From a virus: a stretch of 64,000 nucleotides of DNA. Made by a program: the position numbers and the translations under genes. Below the pieces are notes generated by a model. That model was not told the origin of the DNA and did not search any database. It saw only the letters and a program-made list of their open reading frames with translations. This document shows positions 1 to 8,661 of the stretch, one piece after another (the stretch's first letter is position 1; each line of letters opens with the position of its first letter). The stretch spans positions 37,807 through 101,806 of the IMG/VR virus record IMGVR_UViG_3300045988_161046, one strand, 5' to 3'.

Positions 1-264
1 GTTGCCCAGCGCATCGGTTTCAACATACTCAGCCAATAGCTTACCTACTTCCGGTATAGCTAAAAACTGATTTTTGCAGTCGTTTATGCCCTGAATCTCC
101 CAGCCGTCGAAACCTTTCTGGAAGAAACGGAGATAAAATGTAGAAATAGTGAAGCCCTTAACTGATAAAAACTCAGCTAAATTCTTCTTTTCCTCCACCG
201 AAATATCATTTACCTCTAATGGAGTGTTTTTTCTACATATTTTTTCTATAAATTCCTTTGTCAT
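1..264 (-). CDS. hypothetical protein, C-terminus cut by window edge
   Basis: Manual minus-strand translation MTKEFIEKICRKNTPLEVNDISVEEKKNLAEF...; ATG at 264-262, open to base 1; absent from ORF track because no stop lies in the window. Confidence 0.4.
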   Translation of the reverse strand, partial: MTKEFIEKICRKNTPLEVNDISVEEKKNLAEFLSVKGFTISTFYLRFFQKGFDGWEIQGINDCKNQFLAIPEVGKLLAEYVETDALGN

Positions 265-434
265 TTCGATTTTATTTCTTAATTTTGGTGCAAATTTAAA
301 GAATAAAATTATAGCTACCAAATGTTACCTATATTTTCTTTCAGAAATTATGGTAATTTAACATAGGCTACATATATTAATTAATTTCGAGATAAACAGA
401 TTAGAATTATTCACCTTTAAAATGTATTTGATAT

Positions 435-1124
435 ATGAAGTACTTTTATAATTACAGCTTCCTCGACAAGTGGATGGAAGCAAATAGGAAAATCACCAAT
501 AGAGAAATTATGAAGGCTATGGGTACCACGAGCAATGCGTGCCTGGATAGCTGGATAAGAATGAAGTCTCCACTGCCTACCATCTCCCTGCTGCGCTTCT
601 GCAATGCGTTTCATGTGCCGCTGTCGGCTTTTATTGTAGATGCGGATAAAGACCAACAAGGCAGTGAAGGATGCTGCGGTGCGGGGTATGTATGCCCTGG
701 TATAGATGACCAGTTTGAGCCGGATGGGGGATATATAGATAATGATGAGAAGCGCAAACAGGGGACGAGGGCGCTGCGCAATCCCCTCGATGTGGAGAGG
801 ATGGAGTCGGTGGTACCTGGGTGGACCAGCGTTGGAAACGCTGGGAACGGAGGCGCAAAGGGACACAAGACAAGAGAAGAGGATAAGGAGGCTGCTGCTG
901 CACCTATGAATGCTGCTGCGCCTACCCCGATGGCAGAAAAAGCTGCAAACGCAGAACCGGACATCAGCCTAAAGACCCTTAACCGCATGCTCGATATTAT
1001 TGCTGAACAGCAGAAACAGATAGGCGATCAGCAAAAGCTCATCAGCGAACTCACCCACCGTCTGGAATCTCAGCAGCCTAGCTACAACATGGTAGCAGAA
1101 GAGATACATCGTAACGAGGAATAA
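435..1124 (+). CDS. putative HTH DNA-binding protein with C-terminal coiled coil
   Basis: N-terminus (ITNREIMKAMGTTSNACLDSWIRMKSPLPTISLLRFCNAFHVPLSAFI) resembles XRE-type HTH; C-terminus is heptad-like; low-complexity middle contains Class-A repeat copy 823-855. Confidence 0.45.
   Translation: MKYFYNYSFLDKWMEANRKITNREIMKAMGTTSNACLDSWIRMKSPLPTISLLRFCNAFHVPLSAFIVDADKDQQGSEGCCGAGYVCPGIDDQFEPDGGYIDNDEKRKQGTRALRNPLDVERMESVVPGWTSVGNAGNGGAKGHKTREEDKEAAAAPMNAAAPTPMAEKAANAEPDISLKTLNRMLDIIAEQQKQIGDQQKLISELTHRLESQQPSYNMVAEEIHRNEE
823..855 (+). repeat. Class-A hairpin element copy 1 (inside CDS 435-1124, stem variant gcgtt/aacgc)
   Basis: ggaccagcgttggaaacgctgggaacggaggcg. Confidence 0.85.
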
Positions 1125-1131
1125 ATGAAAA

Positions 1132-1162
1132 CAGCCAGCTATCCATCACGGACGGCTGGCTG
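1132..1162 (-). terminator. conserved-loop hairpin terminator T1
   Basis: Stem cagccagc/gctggctg; minus-sense loop CGTCCGTGATGGATA followed by T-rich run; lies downstream of the 1252-1809 operon. Confidence 0.5.
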
Positions 1163-1251
1163 CAAATGTTTCAGCTTTAACTACTTTAAACCAATAACGT
1201 TTATAAAAATATAGAAATAAATATATATAAAATATAAAGAACGAAATATGA

Positions 1252-1809
1252 TTAATGCTCGTTTACTGCTGCCATCTTACGGCGAAGGAACTCCCTCTCC
1301 GTGATTGTCTGGCAGTCCTCGCTTATGCTCTCGTAAGGCACATCGGTATAGAAAAATCCATGATGCAGGAAGAGGATAGGCGTTGTATTGCCAAAGGAGA
1401 ACGGAAGCTGCACCTCCTTGCCTTCCTTGCCCTTTGCCATCTTAGGTTTGAACTGCAAGATAGCGATAAGAGCAGTTTCATTTACGATAGGCAGTGCCAT
1501 CATCTCCTTCTCCAGGTCACTATTTTCATTAGGAACAAAGAGCGAAGTGCTCTGCATTCCGTCCTTGGTAGGAGTCTGAATGTTCGTCCAGCCTTCCTTG
1601 CTGATCGTGTTTTTGAACTCTACCATCGCCACACCACCTGCAAAGCCTTCGGGCGATTCGTAGTAGGTATCGGCTCCCTGCTTCTCTGCCCAGGCTCTCG
1701 CCTTCTCGCTTGCTTCACTACACTCAGCAAAAAAAGCCTTCAGCTTCTTGCCTGTCTCACTCTCCTCTGCTATCTTCAGATAGTTGTGAGGTCTGTTTTC
1801 TTTTTCCAT
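1252..1809 (-). CDS. hypothetical protein
   Basis: ORF track 1252..1866; start moved to MEKENRPH (1809) because the first 19 codons are the (GGTAAAAA)n array and overlap the upstream gene's stop. Confidence 0.55.
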   Translation of the reverse strand: MEKENRPHNYLKIAEESETGKKLKAFFAECSEASEKARAWAEKQGADTYYESPEGFAGGVAMVEFKNTISKEGWTNIQTPTKDGMQSTSLFVPNENSDLEKEMMALPIVNETALIAILQFKPKMAKGKEGKEVQLPFSFGNTTPILFLHHGFFYTDVPYESISEDCQTITEREFLRRKMAAVNEH

Positions 1810-1816
1810 AAATCCG

Positions 1817-1853
1817 TTTTTTACTTTTTTACCTTTTTGCTTTTTTACCTTTA
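1817..1853 (-). repeat. Class-B (GGTAAAAA)n array B1, leader of 1252-1809
   Basis: ttttttacttttttacctttttgcttttttaccttt. Confidence 0.8.
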
Positions 1854-2168
1854 AACTGCCCTGCAATAGATGACCGGCTCGCCGCTCTCATCATTCTGCA
1901 TACGGAAGCCCTGATAGCTTAACTCCTGCAGATAAAGAGAAAGCGGGTCGCCCAGCGGACAGACTATCGCCTTGAAATATTCACGAAGTCGGGCATCATT
2001 GAATACCTCGCAGCCATCTACCCAATGATCCAACGGCTTATACTGATTACTGAAGGCTTCTATCTTTGCCGGGATAACGAAATCCTGCAGCGTAACTTCT
2101 GCCTGTTCATCATTATCCACGATGTCGTAACCGTACTGCACGTGTTTCTTACTTTTTCCATTCCCCAT
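1851..2168 (-). CDS. hypothetical protein
   Basis: ORF track; packed in a same-strand operon. Confidence 0.55.
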   Translation of the reverse strand: MGNGKSKKHVQYGYDIVDNDEQAEVTLQDFVIPAKIEAFSNQYKPLDHWVDGCEVFNDARLREYFKAIVCPLGDPLSLYLQELSYQGFRMQNDESGEPVIYCRAV

Positions 2169-2769
2169 GGTCGGTATATTTATTAATTGCTGTAAGTGCC
2201 AGAACTATCACGATAAGCAGAAAAAGGGCAAGGGCGTTCTTTCTGGCTTTCTGAATCCAGTTAGCCTTTTTTATCTCTGCTGTATTCTTTTTCTGCGTAT
2301 CTGATAAGCTGTCGGTGGCCTCCCAGCGGGTGCCAACATCACTGCGGTTGCTGATAGCGAGGCTATCGATGGTTTTCTGCATCTGATTGATTTCCTGCTG
2401 CTGATTTTGCAATCGCTCATCATAAGATGACTGCTTATCATAACTGCCCTTGCGCTGGGTGGTGCGGTCGATAGTCTTCTGCTTGTTTCCGGAAAAATCG
2501 GTGGTCTCGGTGATATGCTCCTGGATAGTCTCTTCATATTCGCCCGTTTCCGTCGATGTAGAAGTAGTATGCTTATCCTCGCTCACCTTCACGGCTGCGC
2601 TATCGCCCACCGTTACCTGCTTACGTACGCTGTCCTGCTGAATAACCGATACGCTATCCTTCACTTCCTGGTGGTTATTGCTAACCGCCCGTCGAGAGGT
2701 AGCACATGCCGTAAACATCATCGTCACTACTGCAATCAAGAGTAGTTGAATAATCTCTTTCCTTTTCAT
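2149..2769 (-). CDS. lipoprotein with C-terminal TM helix
   Basis: Signal peptide plus lipobox MKRKEIIQLLLIAVVTMMFTAC; C-terminal hydrophobic ALALFLLIVIVLALTAI. Confidence 0.6.
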   Translation of the reverse strand: MKRKEIIQLLLIAVVTMMFTACATSRRAVSNNHQEVKDSVSVIQQDSVRKQVTVGDSAAVKVSEDKHTTSTSTETGEYEETIQEHITETTDFSGNKQKTIDRTTQRKGSYDKQSSYDERLQNQQQEINQMQKTIDSLAISNRSDVGTRWEATDSLSDTQKKNTAEIKKANWIQKARKNALALFLLIVIVLALTAINKYTDHGEWKK

Positions 2770-2799
2770 ACGTTTTCATTTCTTTTAATGTTTCTGACG

Positions 2800-2837
2800 C
2801 AAAGGTAAGAAAAAAAAGGGTTTATGGTTGGGACAAA
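2800..2837 (-). promoter_or_regulatory. Class-II promoter (TTTGTCCC, 26-nt gap, TACCTTTG)
   Basis: Minus strand TTTGTCCCAACC...TACCTTTGCGTCAGAAAC about 30 nt upstream of ATG 2769. Confidence 0.5.
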
Positions 2838-2843
2838 CAAATA

Positions 2844-2919
2844 AAGGTAAAAAAGTAAAAAGGTAAAAAAGTAAAAAAGCCTAGCGGGATAATGGCTTGC
2901 TTTTTACCTTTTTACCTTT
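2844..2919. repeat. Class-B inverted pair B2 (long hairpin after Rep stop)
   Basis: aaaggtaaaaaagtaaaaaggtaaaaaagtaaaaaagc ... gctttttacctttttaccttt. Confidence 0.8.
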
Positions 2920-4210
2920 AACTTCTGTAGAACACAGGAGCAAAAGAGCCTTTGCAATCGAAAAACTCCTTTGCCTTCTCCTCGATACCCAACTTTCGGA
3001 TCATTTCAAAATCATCATCGCTACACTCCACGCAGAACCTTCCGTTCTTCATGCCAATGAAGGAAATGCGGGAAAGCAGTAATTTCTCAGCATCGCCTAT
3101 AATGAGCTTGCAGAATGCCTTCCACTTGTCAGCGCCTTGCCCGCTCTCGGTTACAATCTTACTTTCCGTAAGCTGATGCACATGGGCGAATATATCACCC
3201 TCTACCGGTTTTCCAGTTTGCTGTGTGCTGTTCTGCTTATACCGCTCATTCAGAGTGGCAGCAATATCAGTGTTCTTATCCTTAGATAGATGATTCTCGC
3301 CAACCACCGTGCGCCGTACATGAAACCTGATAAACTCCGGATCACCTTTTCGCTTGCCCGATTTATAGATGATGTCTTCATCTTTCAGCTCATCAAATAC
3401 GATGTCCGTCTGGGATAACTTCTCCATCCTCTGCAAATCCTTACATACCACATCGAGGACCTGCTTTCTGAACTGCGAGAACTTGGGGTATTTGTTCATA
3501 ACCGGTTCGCCCAGCTCATTCAATAGAATCTCCTTCTTGTTGTTATCTAGTTCTACCAAACCGAGATAAGACTTCAGTTCCAGGAAAGGCACCGATATAT
3601 CCATGCTGCGGTTCAAACCTATCTGACGCAAGAGATAGATATATACGCGTGGAGTGTTCACGTTCTTGGCAAACTTTGCTATCATGGATATATGGTGAAT
3701 ATACCCCTGCCCCATATCGAATACACGCTTAGAAAGTTTCGGGTCAATCTCAAGCAGGATATATCCCAGTATGCGGTCCACCTTCTTTCCGTCCTTAGTC
3801 GTATATCCGTTCTTCGACAATGGTATACGCATTCGGCTGAATATATGCGTAAATTCCTCGCTACCATCGGGCAGTGTACTCTTCACCGCCATATCAAGAA
3901 TACTTGTCTTCAGCTCCGCTCTCAACTTCTGATAGCTCATATTCTCGTAAGTAATGAAATCGTGAATATCTATCTTGATAGGCGGGATATTCATAACAGC
4001 ATGGTCCACGCCTTGCTCAAACAGAAAATCAGAACGAGCGTCGCCCAACTGTCTTTTCTCCAGGAAGTACTCATCCACAAATTTTTGGAGGTGGGTACTC
4101 GTTAGCATCAACACGTTCTGCTGGAACAAAGTGTATTGCTTATCCAGTTTCGTGAGCGAAAAAGGAGTATTTATCCAGGCTAAACCCTTGTTTTCATTAT
4201 CTTCATTCAT
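2918..4210 (-). CDS. plasmid-type replication initiator (Rep_3/RepB-like)
   Basis: Pattern ...TPRVYIYLLRQ...ISVPFLELKSYLGL...YPKFSQFRKQVLDVVCKDL...IRFHV typical of iteron-binding winged-helix Rep proteins; iterons start 4 nt upstream of its ATG. Confidence 0.65.
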   Translation of the reverse strand: MNEDNENKGLAWINTPFSLTKLDKQYTLFQQNVLMLTSTHLQKFVDEYFLEKRQLGDARSDFLFEQGVDHAVMNIPPIKIDIHDFITYENMSYQKLRAELKTSILDMAVKSTLPDGSEEFTHIFSRMRIPLSKNGYTTKDGKKVDRILGYILLEIDPKLSKRVFDMGQGYIHHISMIAKFAKNVNTPRVYIYLLRQIGLNRSMDISVPFLELKSYLGLVELDNNKKEILLNELGEPVMNKYPKFSQFRKQVLDVVCKDLQRMEKLSQTDIVFDELKDEDIIYKSGKRKGDPEFIRFHVRRTVVGENHLSKDKNTDIAATLNERYKQNSTQQTGKPVEGDIFAHVHQLTESKIVTESGQGADKWKAFCKLIIGDAEKLLLSRISFIGMKNGRFCVECSDDDFEMIRKLGIEEKAKEFFDCKGSFAPVFYRS

Positions 4211-4213
4211 ATA

Positions 4214-4530
4214 AAATCTGACTTTTCGTTTACCTAAATCTGACTTTTCGTTTACCTAAATCTGACCTTTCGTTTACCTAAATCTGACCTTTCGTTTACC
4301 TAGAACTTTGTAAGTACTTAAATATCAGCACGTTAAGATTTTCCTAATATATATAATATAGATAATCTTATAATTTTCTATTTAAAGACTCCGTTTTTAG
4401 GTAAACGAAAAGTCAGATTTAGATAGGTAAATTGATACCAAGAACTATACCCCCTCGGTACTATTTCGGTACCTCGTCGAGGTAAAAGACTTTAGTAAGA
4501 TTTTACCTAAATCTGACTTTTCGTTTACCT
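4214..4530. repeat. iteron origin (oriV candidate): 6 x 22-bp AAATCTGAC(T/C)TTTCGTTTACCT
   Basis: Four tandem direct copies at 4214-4301, one inverted at 4399-4420, one direct at 4509-4530; AT-rich stretch 4320-4395 lies between them. Confidence 0.8.
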
Positions 4531-4533
4531 AGA

Positions 4534-4956
4534 TTATCCGTTCTTATGTCTATCCAGATACTCGATAACTGCCTGCAGAGCGATGTCCTTGATAGGCGTA
4601 CCCGTCTCCATCTTCATCTGAAGAATCTGCATGTAATATTTCATCGGCACATAGATGGTGATACCGTTTTGCGTCTTCTTGCCAGCCTTTCTCATAGGTG
4701 CAGAGTCGGGAGCAGAAAAAGGAGCGGCTGATGCAGGAGGAACCGGAGACTGCGAAGGTGCTTCAGCCTGGGGTGCAGGTTCCGGCTCTGCGGTACCCTG
4801 CCCGTTCTGCTGTTTCTCCAATGCCTCGGCAGCCCGCTTCTGGCGAGCTTCCTCATTCGCCTCATAAATTTTCTCTATACCTTGGATAGCTGGAGAGTCT
4901 TCCAGTCCTTTAAACTTGTTTACACTATTATTCTTTGCTTGTCTTGCCATAATCAC
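4534..4956 (-). CDS. ribbon-helix-helix partition adaptor (ParG/CopG-like) candidate
   Basis: Immediately downstream of parA; disordered Ala/Pro/Gln-rich N-terminus, C-terminus ITIYVPMKYYMQILQMKMETGTPIKDIALQAVIEYL fits beta-alpha-alpha. Confidence 0.5.
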   Translation of the reverse strand: MIMARQAKNNSVNKFKGLEDSPAIQGIEKIYEANEEARQKRAAEALEKQQNGQGTAEPEPAPQAEAPSQSPVPPASAAPFSAPDSAPMRKAGKKTQNGITIYVPMKYYMQILQMKMETGTPIKDIALQAVIEYLDRHKNG

Positions 4957-4991
4957 TAAACATTAATCATTAATCACTAAAACACTAATCA

Positions 4992-5864
4992 CTACTTCGG
5001 CATACTTGCCAATATCTCCTTCGTAAAGTTCTCATAGTCTTGCCCTACTCTACTGTAAGGCGAATAAGAAAATATATCCTGATTGATAGCCTGCGCTTCC
5101 ACCATCTTCGTATCACGACGAGTATACGAGTCGAACATGTAGTCATCAAACTTATTGCCCAGATACTCCTTAAACTGCTTTGTGGCTCTCGTCTGATCAT
5201 TACTCATTACCATAAACAGACCACGAATATCAATATCAGGGTTCAAGTCTTCTCGCGTTTCCTGTACCGCATTCAGAATTTCGGCAATACCTTTTGTTGC
5301 CAACATTTCAAGCTGGATAGGTATCACTACACCCGATGCAACCGATAGGGCATTATGCGTGAGAAGTGACAAAGCTGGTGGGCAGTCAATCAATACATAG
5401 TCGAAAGCCTCCAGGATAGAAGATACTCCCTCATTTATCAGTTCATCACCCCGAACTTCGGTCAAAGGCTTGCCGAATAACTTAAACAAAGCCTTGCGTG
5501 GTACCGGCATCTGATTGAGGAATGGTTCGATATTGATAAGGCGATAAGATGCTGGAGCAAGATAGATACCTTCCCTTACCTGGTAAACAGGCAAGCGGGA
5601 TTGCTGTATCATCGCATCGTACATGGTAGGCTGCCCCATATTCTCTGCCTCACTCCATCCAAAGAGGAAGGAAAGGCTCGACTGCGGATCGAGGTCGATG
5701 AGCAAGATACGAGGCTTGCGCTCCTTGCCGTTTTCACCCTTGCCAAAGTAACCCTTGCCATAACGACGAAGACCAGTTGCTAAACTCTGTACGGTTGTTG
5801 TCTTACCAACTCCTCCCTTGTGATTTACGAAGGCGAGGATTTCTTTTAATCTTGTTTCTGCCAT
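4992..5864 (-). CDS. parA: ParA/Soj-family partition ATPase
   Basis: Deviant Walker A NHKGGVGKTTT; Walker B-like VLIDCPP. Confidence 0.85.
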   Translation of the reverse strand: MAETRLKEILAFVNHKGGVGKTTTVQSLATGLRRYGKGYFGKGENGKERKPRILLIDLDPQSSLSFLFGWSEAENMGQPTMYDAMIQQSRLPVYQVREGIYLAPASYRLINIEPFLNQMPVPRKALFKLFGKPLTEVRGDELINEGVSSILEAFDYVLIDCPPALSLLTHNALSVASGVVIPIQLEMLATKGIAEILNAVQETREDLNPDIDIRGLFMVMSNDQTRATKQFKEYLGNKFDDYMFDSYTRRDTKMVEAQAINQDIFSYSPYSRVGQDYENFTKEILASMPK

Positions 5865-5985
5865 AATCTTAAAAGTATTAATTCTTTTATATATATTAAT
5901 GTATTCATTTCTTTGTTGAAAGAAAGAAAGCTATATTTTTTTCTTTCAATAAACACACTAACGCATCCACACATAAATACACATT

Positions 5986-6282
5986 TGTGCTTTTCTGCTT
6001 TTGTGGAAACATGCTTTTGTGTTTTAATGCCGCAAAGTTAAGATTTTAATTTTAAACCGCCAAATGTTTTTAATATTTTTAATGCTTTTATGTATGGATT
6101 GATGTATTGAAAGGAATAAACTAACAAATCAATCAAGAAATAAACCAATGAACGAACAAAGAAACAAACAAATGAAGAAACAAAGAAAGAAATTAATCAA
6201 TAAATACACAAACACATAAATACATAAACACATAAACGTGTGTTTATGTATGCTTTTATGTATTTGCGTTTTTATGCTTTTC
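5986..6282. repeat. TGCTTTT(N)TG short repeats flanking the parA promoter (centromere/operator candidates)
   Basis: Copies near 5986, 5994, 6010, 6081, 6249, 6272; plus palindrome cataaacaca-N6-tgtgtttatg at 6221-6246. Confidence 0.3.
6033..6064 (-). promoter_or_regulatory. Class-I promoter (TTTGGCGGTT, 20-nt gap, TAACTTTG) for the parA operon
   Basis: Canonical Bacteroidota -33 TTTG / -7 TAnnTTTG with a 20-nt gap. Confidence 0.55.
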
Positions 6283-6324
6283 TGTTTTTTACCTTCTCAT
6301 TTATCTTCTCAAAAGGAAAGGAAA

Positions 6325-6385
6325 AAGAAAACGTACCAAAGTATCGAAGTACGATAGTACTAAAGTGCTTTGGTACGTTTTCTTT
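6325..6385. repeat. 18-bp-stem hairpin
   Basis: aaagaaaacgtaccaaag ... ctttggtacgttttcttt. Confidence 0.6.
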
Positions 6386-6389
6386 TTCA

Positions 6390-6536
6390 GTGTTGAATGT
6401 TGAGTGTTAAATGTTGAATTTGGCTAGCGCCCTTGAGCCTGGTGGGGGACCAGCGATAGAATCGCTGGGGACGGGGGCGATAGGAAGAAACGCAACCCCG
6501 ATAGACTAATTCAACATTCAACACTCAACATTGAAA
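6390..6536. repeat. Class-C palindrome C1: (GTTGART)n arms 6390-6420 / 6509-6536 enclosing Class-A copy
   Basis: gtgttgaatgttgagtgttaaatgttgaatt ... aattcaacattcaacactcaacattgaa. Confidence 0.85.
6447..6479 (+). repeat. Class-A hairpin element copy 2
   Basis: ggaccagcgatagaatcgctggggacgggggcg. Confidence 0.9.
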
Positions 6537-7529
6537 TCAAAACTCCACCACGCTCTGTTCTTCCTCCCACGCATCATTGAGTGATACCGAAATGGTGGAA
6601 TGGTGATTATAGTAAGAGCCGCTTACTACCGTAACATGGTTGCGCTGCAAACTGATGTTCGATAGCTTAAACGAGGTGTAAGGCTCGGTGCTGCCCTTGC
6701 GGTTCATGGTGAAGGTGATGTCCGTAGTATAGCCATCCTTCGGCACCAGGAAATAGTAGAAGAGGGAAGAGGAGGTTTTGCCGGCATATCTCGTAACGTC
6801 AGCGATACGCAGGTTTGATACCTTGCCGGTGGCGGCAAAGGTCTGCCAGTCCCATTGTTTATATTCATCGAGCTGTAACTGCAGGGTACTGCAATCTTCC
6901 GGATATGTTCCGGTGTTCTTTACCGTCAGTTTCGCTACGATACGTTCCAGTTGGATATTGATACTCTGGTTCTGACCGACGCTTATACTCACGTCCTGCA
7001 CTGCGCCGAAGCTGTCAGAGTTCTTCGTGCTCGTAAGCACAGCAGGAAGGACACCATCGGCAGACACCGAAAAGGCAGTATTATCTGCCAGACTCCATAA
7101 CGAGCCATCAGCAGAGAGTAGGGTAGGGGTTTCGCTTCTCGTAGCTATCACCTTCAGCGTATGATTGCCGTAATCGAGACTCAGGGATGGCTCTGCAAAA
7201 TCCTCGGCATCGGCAGTCTGGTGCAACACCTGGAGCAGTTTGCCGCTTGCCTTGTCGTAATCGAAGATGTAGAGGTCGGTCATCGCCTTGCCGTTGGCAG
7301 CAAGCTCGGCACGCGTGATAGGGTAGGCGATCCGTCGGCACTGGCTCACGCTCACGTCACCGCCTTCTGGCGAAGTAAACCGCAGTCTTACCATAGTCTT
7401 GCCCGTCATAGGCCGGCTGCCTCCGTTCTCTACTGCATCTTCCACATACTCGGTGCATGAGGTATTCATCATCATGCACGCTGCCATCATCGCAAAGGTG
7501 GTGGCAAACAAAAACTTCTTAGTTCTCAT
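6537..7529 (-). CDS. lipoprotein, possibly fimbrillin (Mfa/FimA)-like
   Basis: Signal plus lipobox MRTKKFLFATTFAMMAACMMMNTSC; overall beta-rich; the fimbrillin call is a weak impression only. Confidence 0.55.
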   Translation of the reverse strand: MRTKKFLFATTFAMMAACMMMNTSCTEYVEDAVENGGSRPMTGKTMVRLRFTSPEGGDVSVSQCRRIAYPITRAELAANGKAMTDLYIFDYDKASGKLLQVLHQTADAEDFAEPSLSLDYGNHTLKVIATRSETPTLLSADGSLWSLADNTAFSVSADGVLPAVLTSTKNSDSFGAVQDVSISVGQNQSINIQLERIVAKLTVKNTGTYPEDCSTLQLQLDEYKQWDWQTFAATGKVSNLRIADVTRYAGKTSSSLFYYFLVPKDGYTTDITFTMNRKGSTEPYTSFKLSNISLQRNHVTVVSGSYYNHHSTISVSLNDAWEEEQSVVEF

Positions 7530-7582
7530 AAGCCAAAAATTTTAAAAGTTGTTATAGATATATTTTAAAGCTCTATTCCCTT

Positions 7583-7620
7583 TTGCATCGGCGAAACTCA
7601 GTGATATTTCGCCGATGCAA
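7583..7620. terminator. 14-bp-stem hairpin
   Basis: ttgcatcggcgaaa-N10-tttcgccgatgcaa between two minus-strand genes. Confidence 0.4.
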
Positions 7621-7634
7621 TAACGTAGGGAAAA

Positions 7635-8465
7635 CTATTCCGTCAGGTTCGGGTACATATCGTATTTGCTGGCGGCTTCCTGCTGCCACTCGTAAGACTT
7701 ACTTTTGTATGCTTCCTCCTGATACTCTTTATCCAGGAACTCGTTCCACTGCTTGTTAAATTCATCCTGCACGAATATCCTTATCATTCCGAGATACTTC
7801 TTTTCTTTATCATAGATGATACGGTTTTCCTTTTTGCGGTCGTCAGCATTCGGAGAAGTTGATTTCCTGAAGAAAACTCCAAATTCAACCTTAGAACGAA
7901 ACAGCTTGCGGTATTCTATCAGGAAAGGAACTAGGCGGTCTCTCAGCTTTTCTAATATCTCCTCTTCCTCATCCTCTAAACCACTAGCCGAAGAACGTAG
8001 AATCTCATCTAAAGACATTACTACCACATTCCTGTCTGTCTCTACCGTCAGTTCACAATACCAACATTCATCTTCAGAATATCCGTCCTTATAAAAACAG
8101 TGGTTTACGAACACTTTTAAGGAACCAGTCATATTCGATTTATCTATATGAACATCATAATTTTCCAGATTAGGAATAAGTGATGAAATATATTTAGTAT
8201 ATCCAAAGATATAGCATAGATTTTCAAAAGGTATCGTTTCGCCACGATGGGCGATGACTGGGTTATCATCAAAGTCGTCCTTTGCACCTGCAGGGATATG
8301 CCAGTAGTCATCATCGCCGATATAATACGGCTCGTCTAATCTATCTGGAATATCTTTATCTTTCTTCCATGCTATACCAACACGCTCACTCAATATGCCA
8401 TACTCATCAACGAAAATGGCATGATCATTATAAGGAATGGCTACTATTTCTTCATTATCTTTCAT
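7635..8465 (-). CDS. hypothetical protein
   Basis: ORF track; 276 aa, acidic. Confidence 0.6.
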   Translation of the reverse strand: MKDNEEIVAIPYNDHAIFVDEYGILSERVGIAWKKDKDIPDRLDEPYYIGDDDYWHIPAGAKDDFDDNPVIAHRGETIPFENLCYIFGYTKYISSLIPNLENYDVHIDKSNMTGSLKVFVNHCFYKDGYSEDECWYCELTVETDRNVVVMSLDEILRSSASGLEDEEEEILEKLRDRLVPFLIEYRKLFRSKVEFGVFFRKSTSPNADDRKKENRIIYDKEKKYLGMIRIFVQDEFNKQWNEFLDKEYQEEAYKSKSYEWQQEAASKYDMYPNLTE

Positions 8466-8562
8466 GTTTCTTAGTTTTAAAATTGTTCTTTATATATATC
8501 TAAGTAACGCAAGGGTTTCCGGAATTATTATATACCCTCACGTATTTTTTATTAAAATCTGC

Positions 8563-8661
8563 TCAAGCAGCACGCCCTGAAAAGGCAGCAGCTCCTAGCC
8601 CAGGGCAGCGCCCTGGGTAATCATAAGCGCGCCCCTTTCGCCCTGTAAGGGCAAAAGCTTT
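8563..8661 (+). repeat. REP/MITE-like element, copy A (inverted partner at 20095-20192)
   Basis: Core palindrome cccagggcagcgccctggg; about 80 percent identical to the reverse complement of 20095-20192; overlaps the 3' end of CDS 8595-10349. Confidence 0.8.

Noticed and set aside
4214-4301. Iterons, (GGTAAAAA)n arrays and (GTTGART)n arms as possible CRISPR arrays
   Set aside because: The repeats are contiguous (22-bp, 8-9-bp and 7-bp periods) with no unique spacers, and there are no cas genes. The iterons sit next to a Rep gene.
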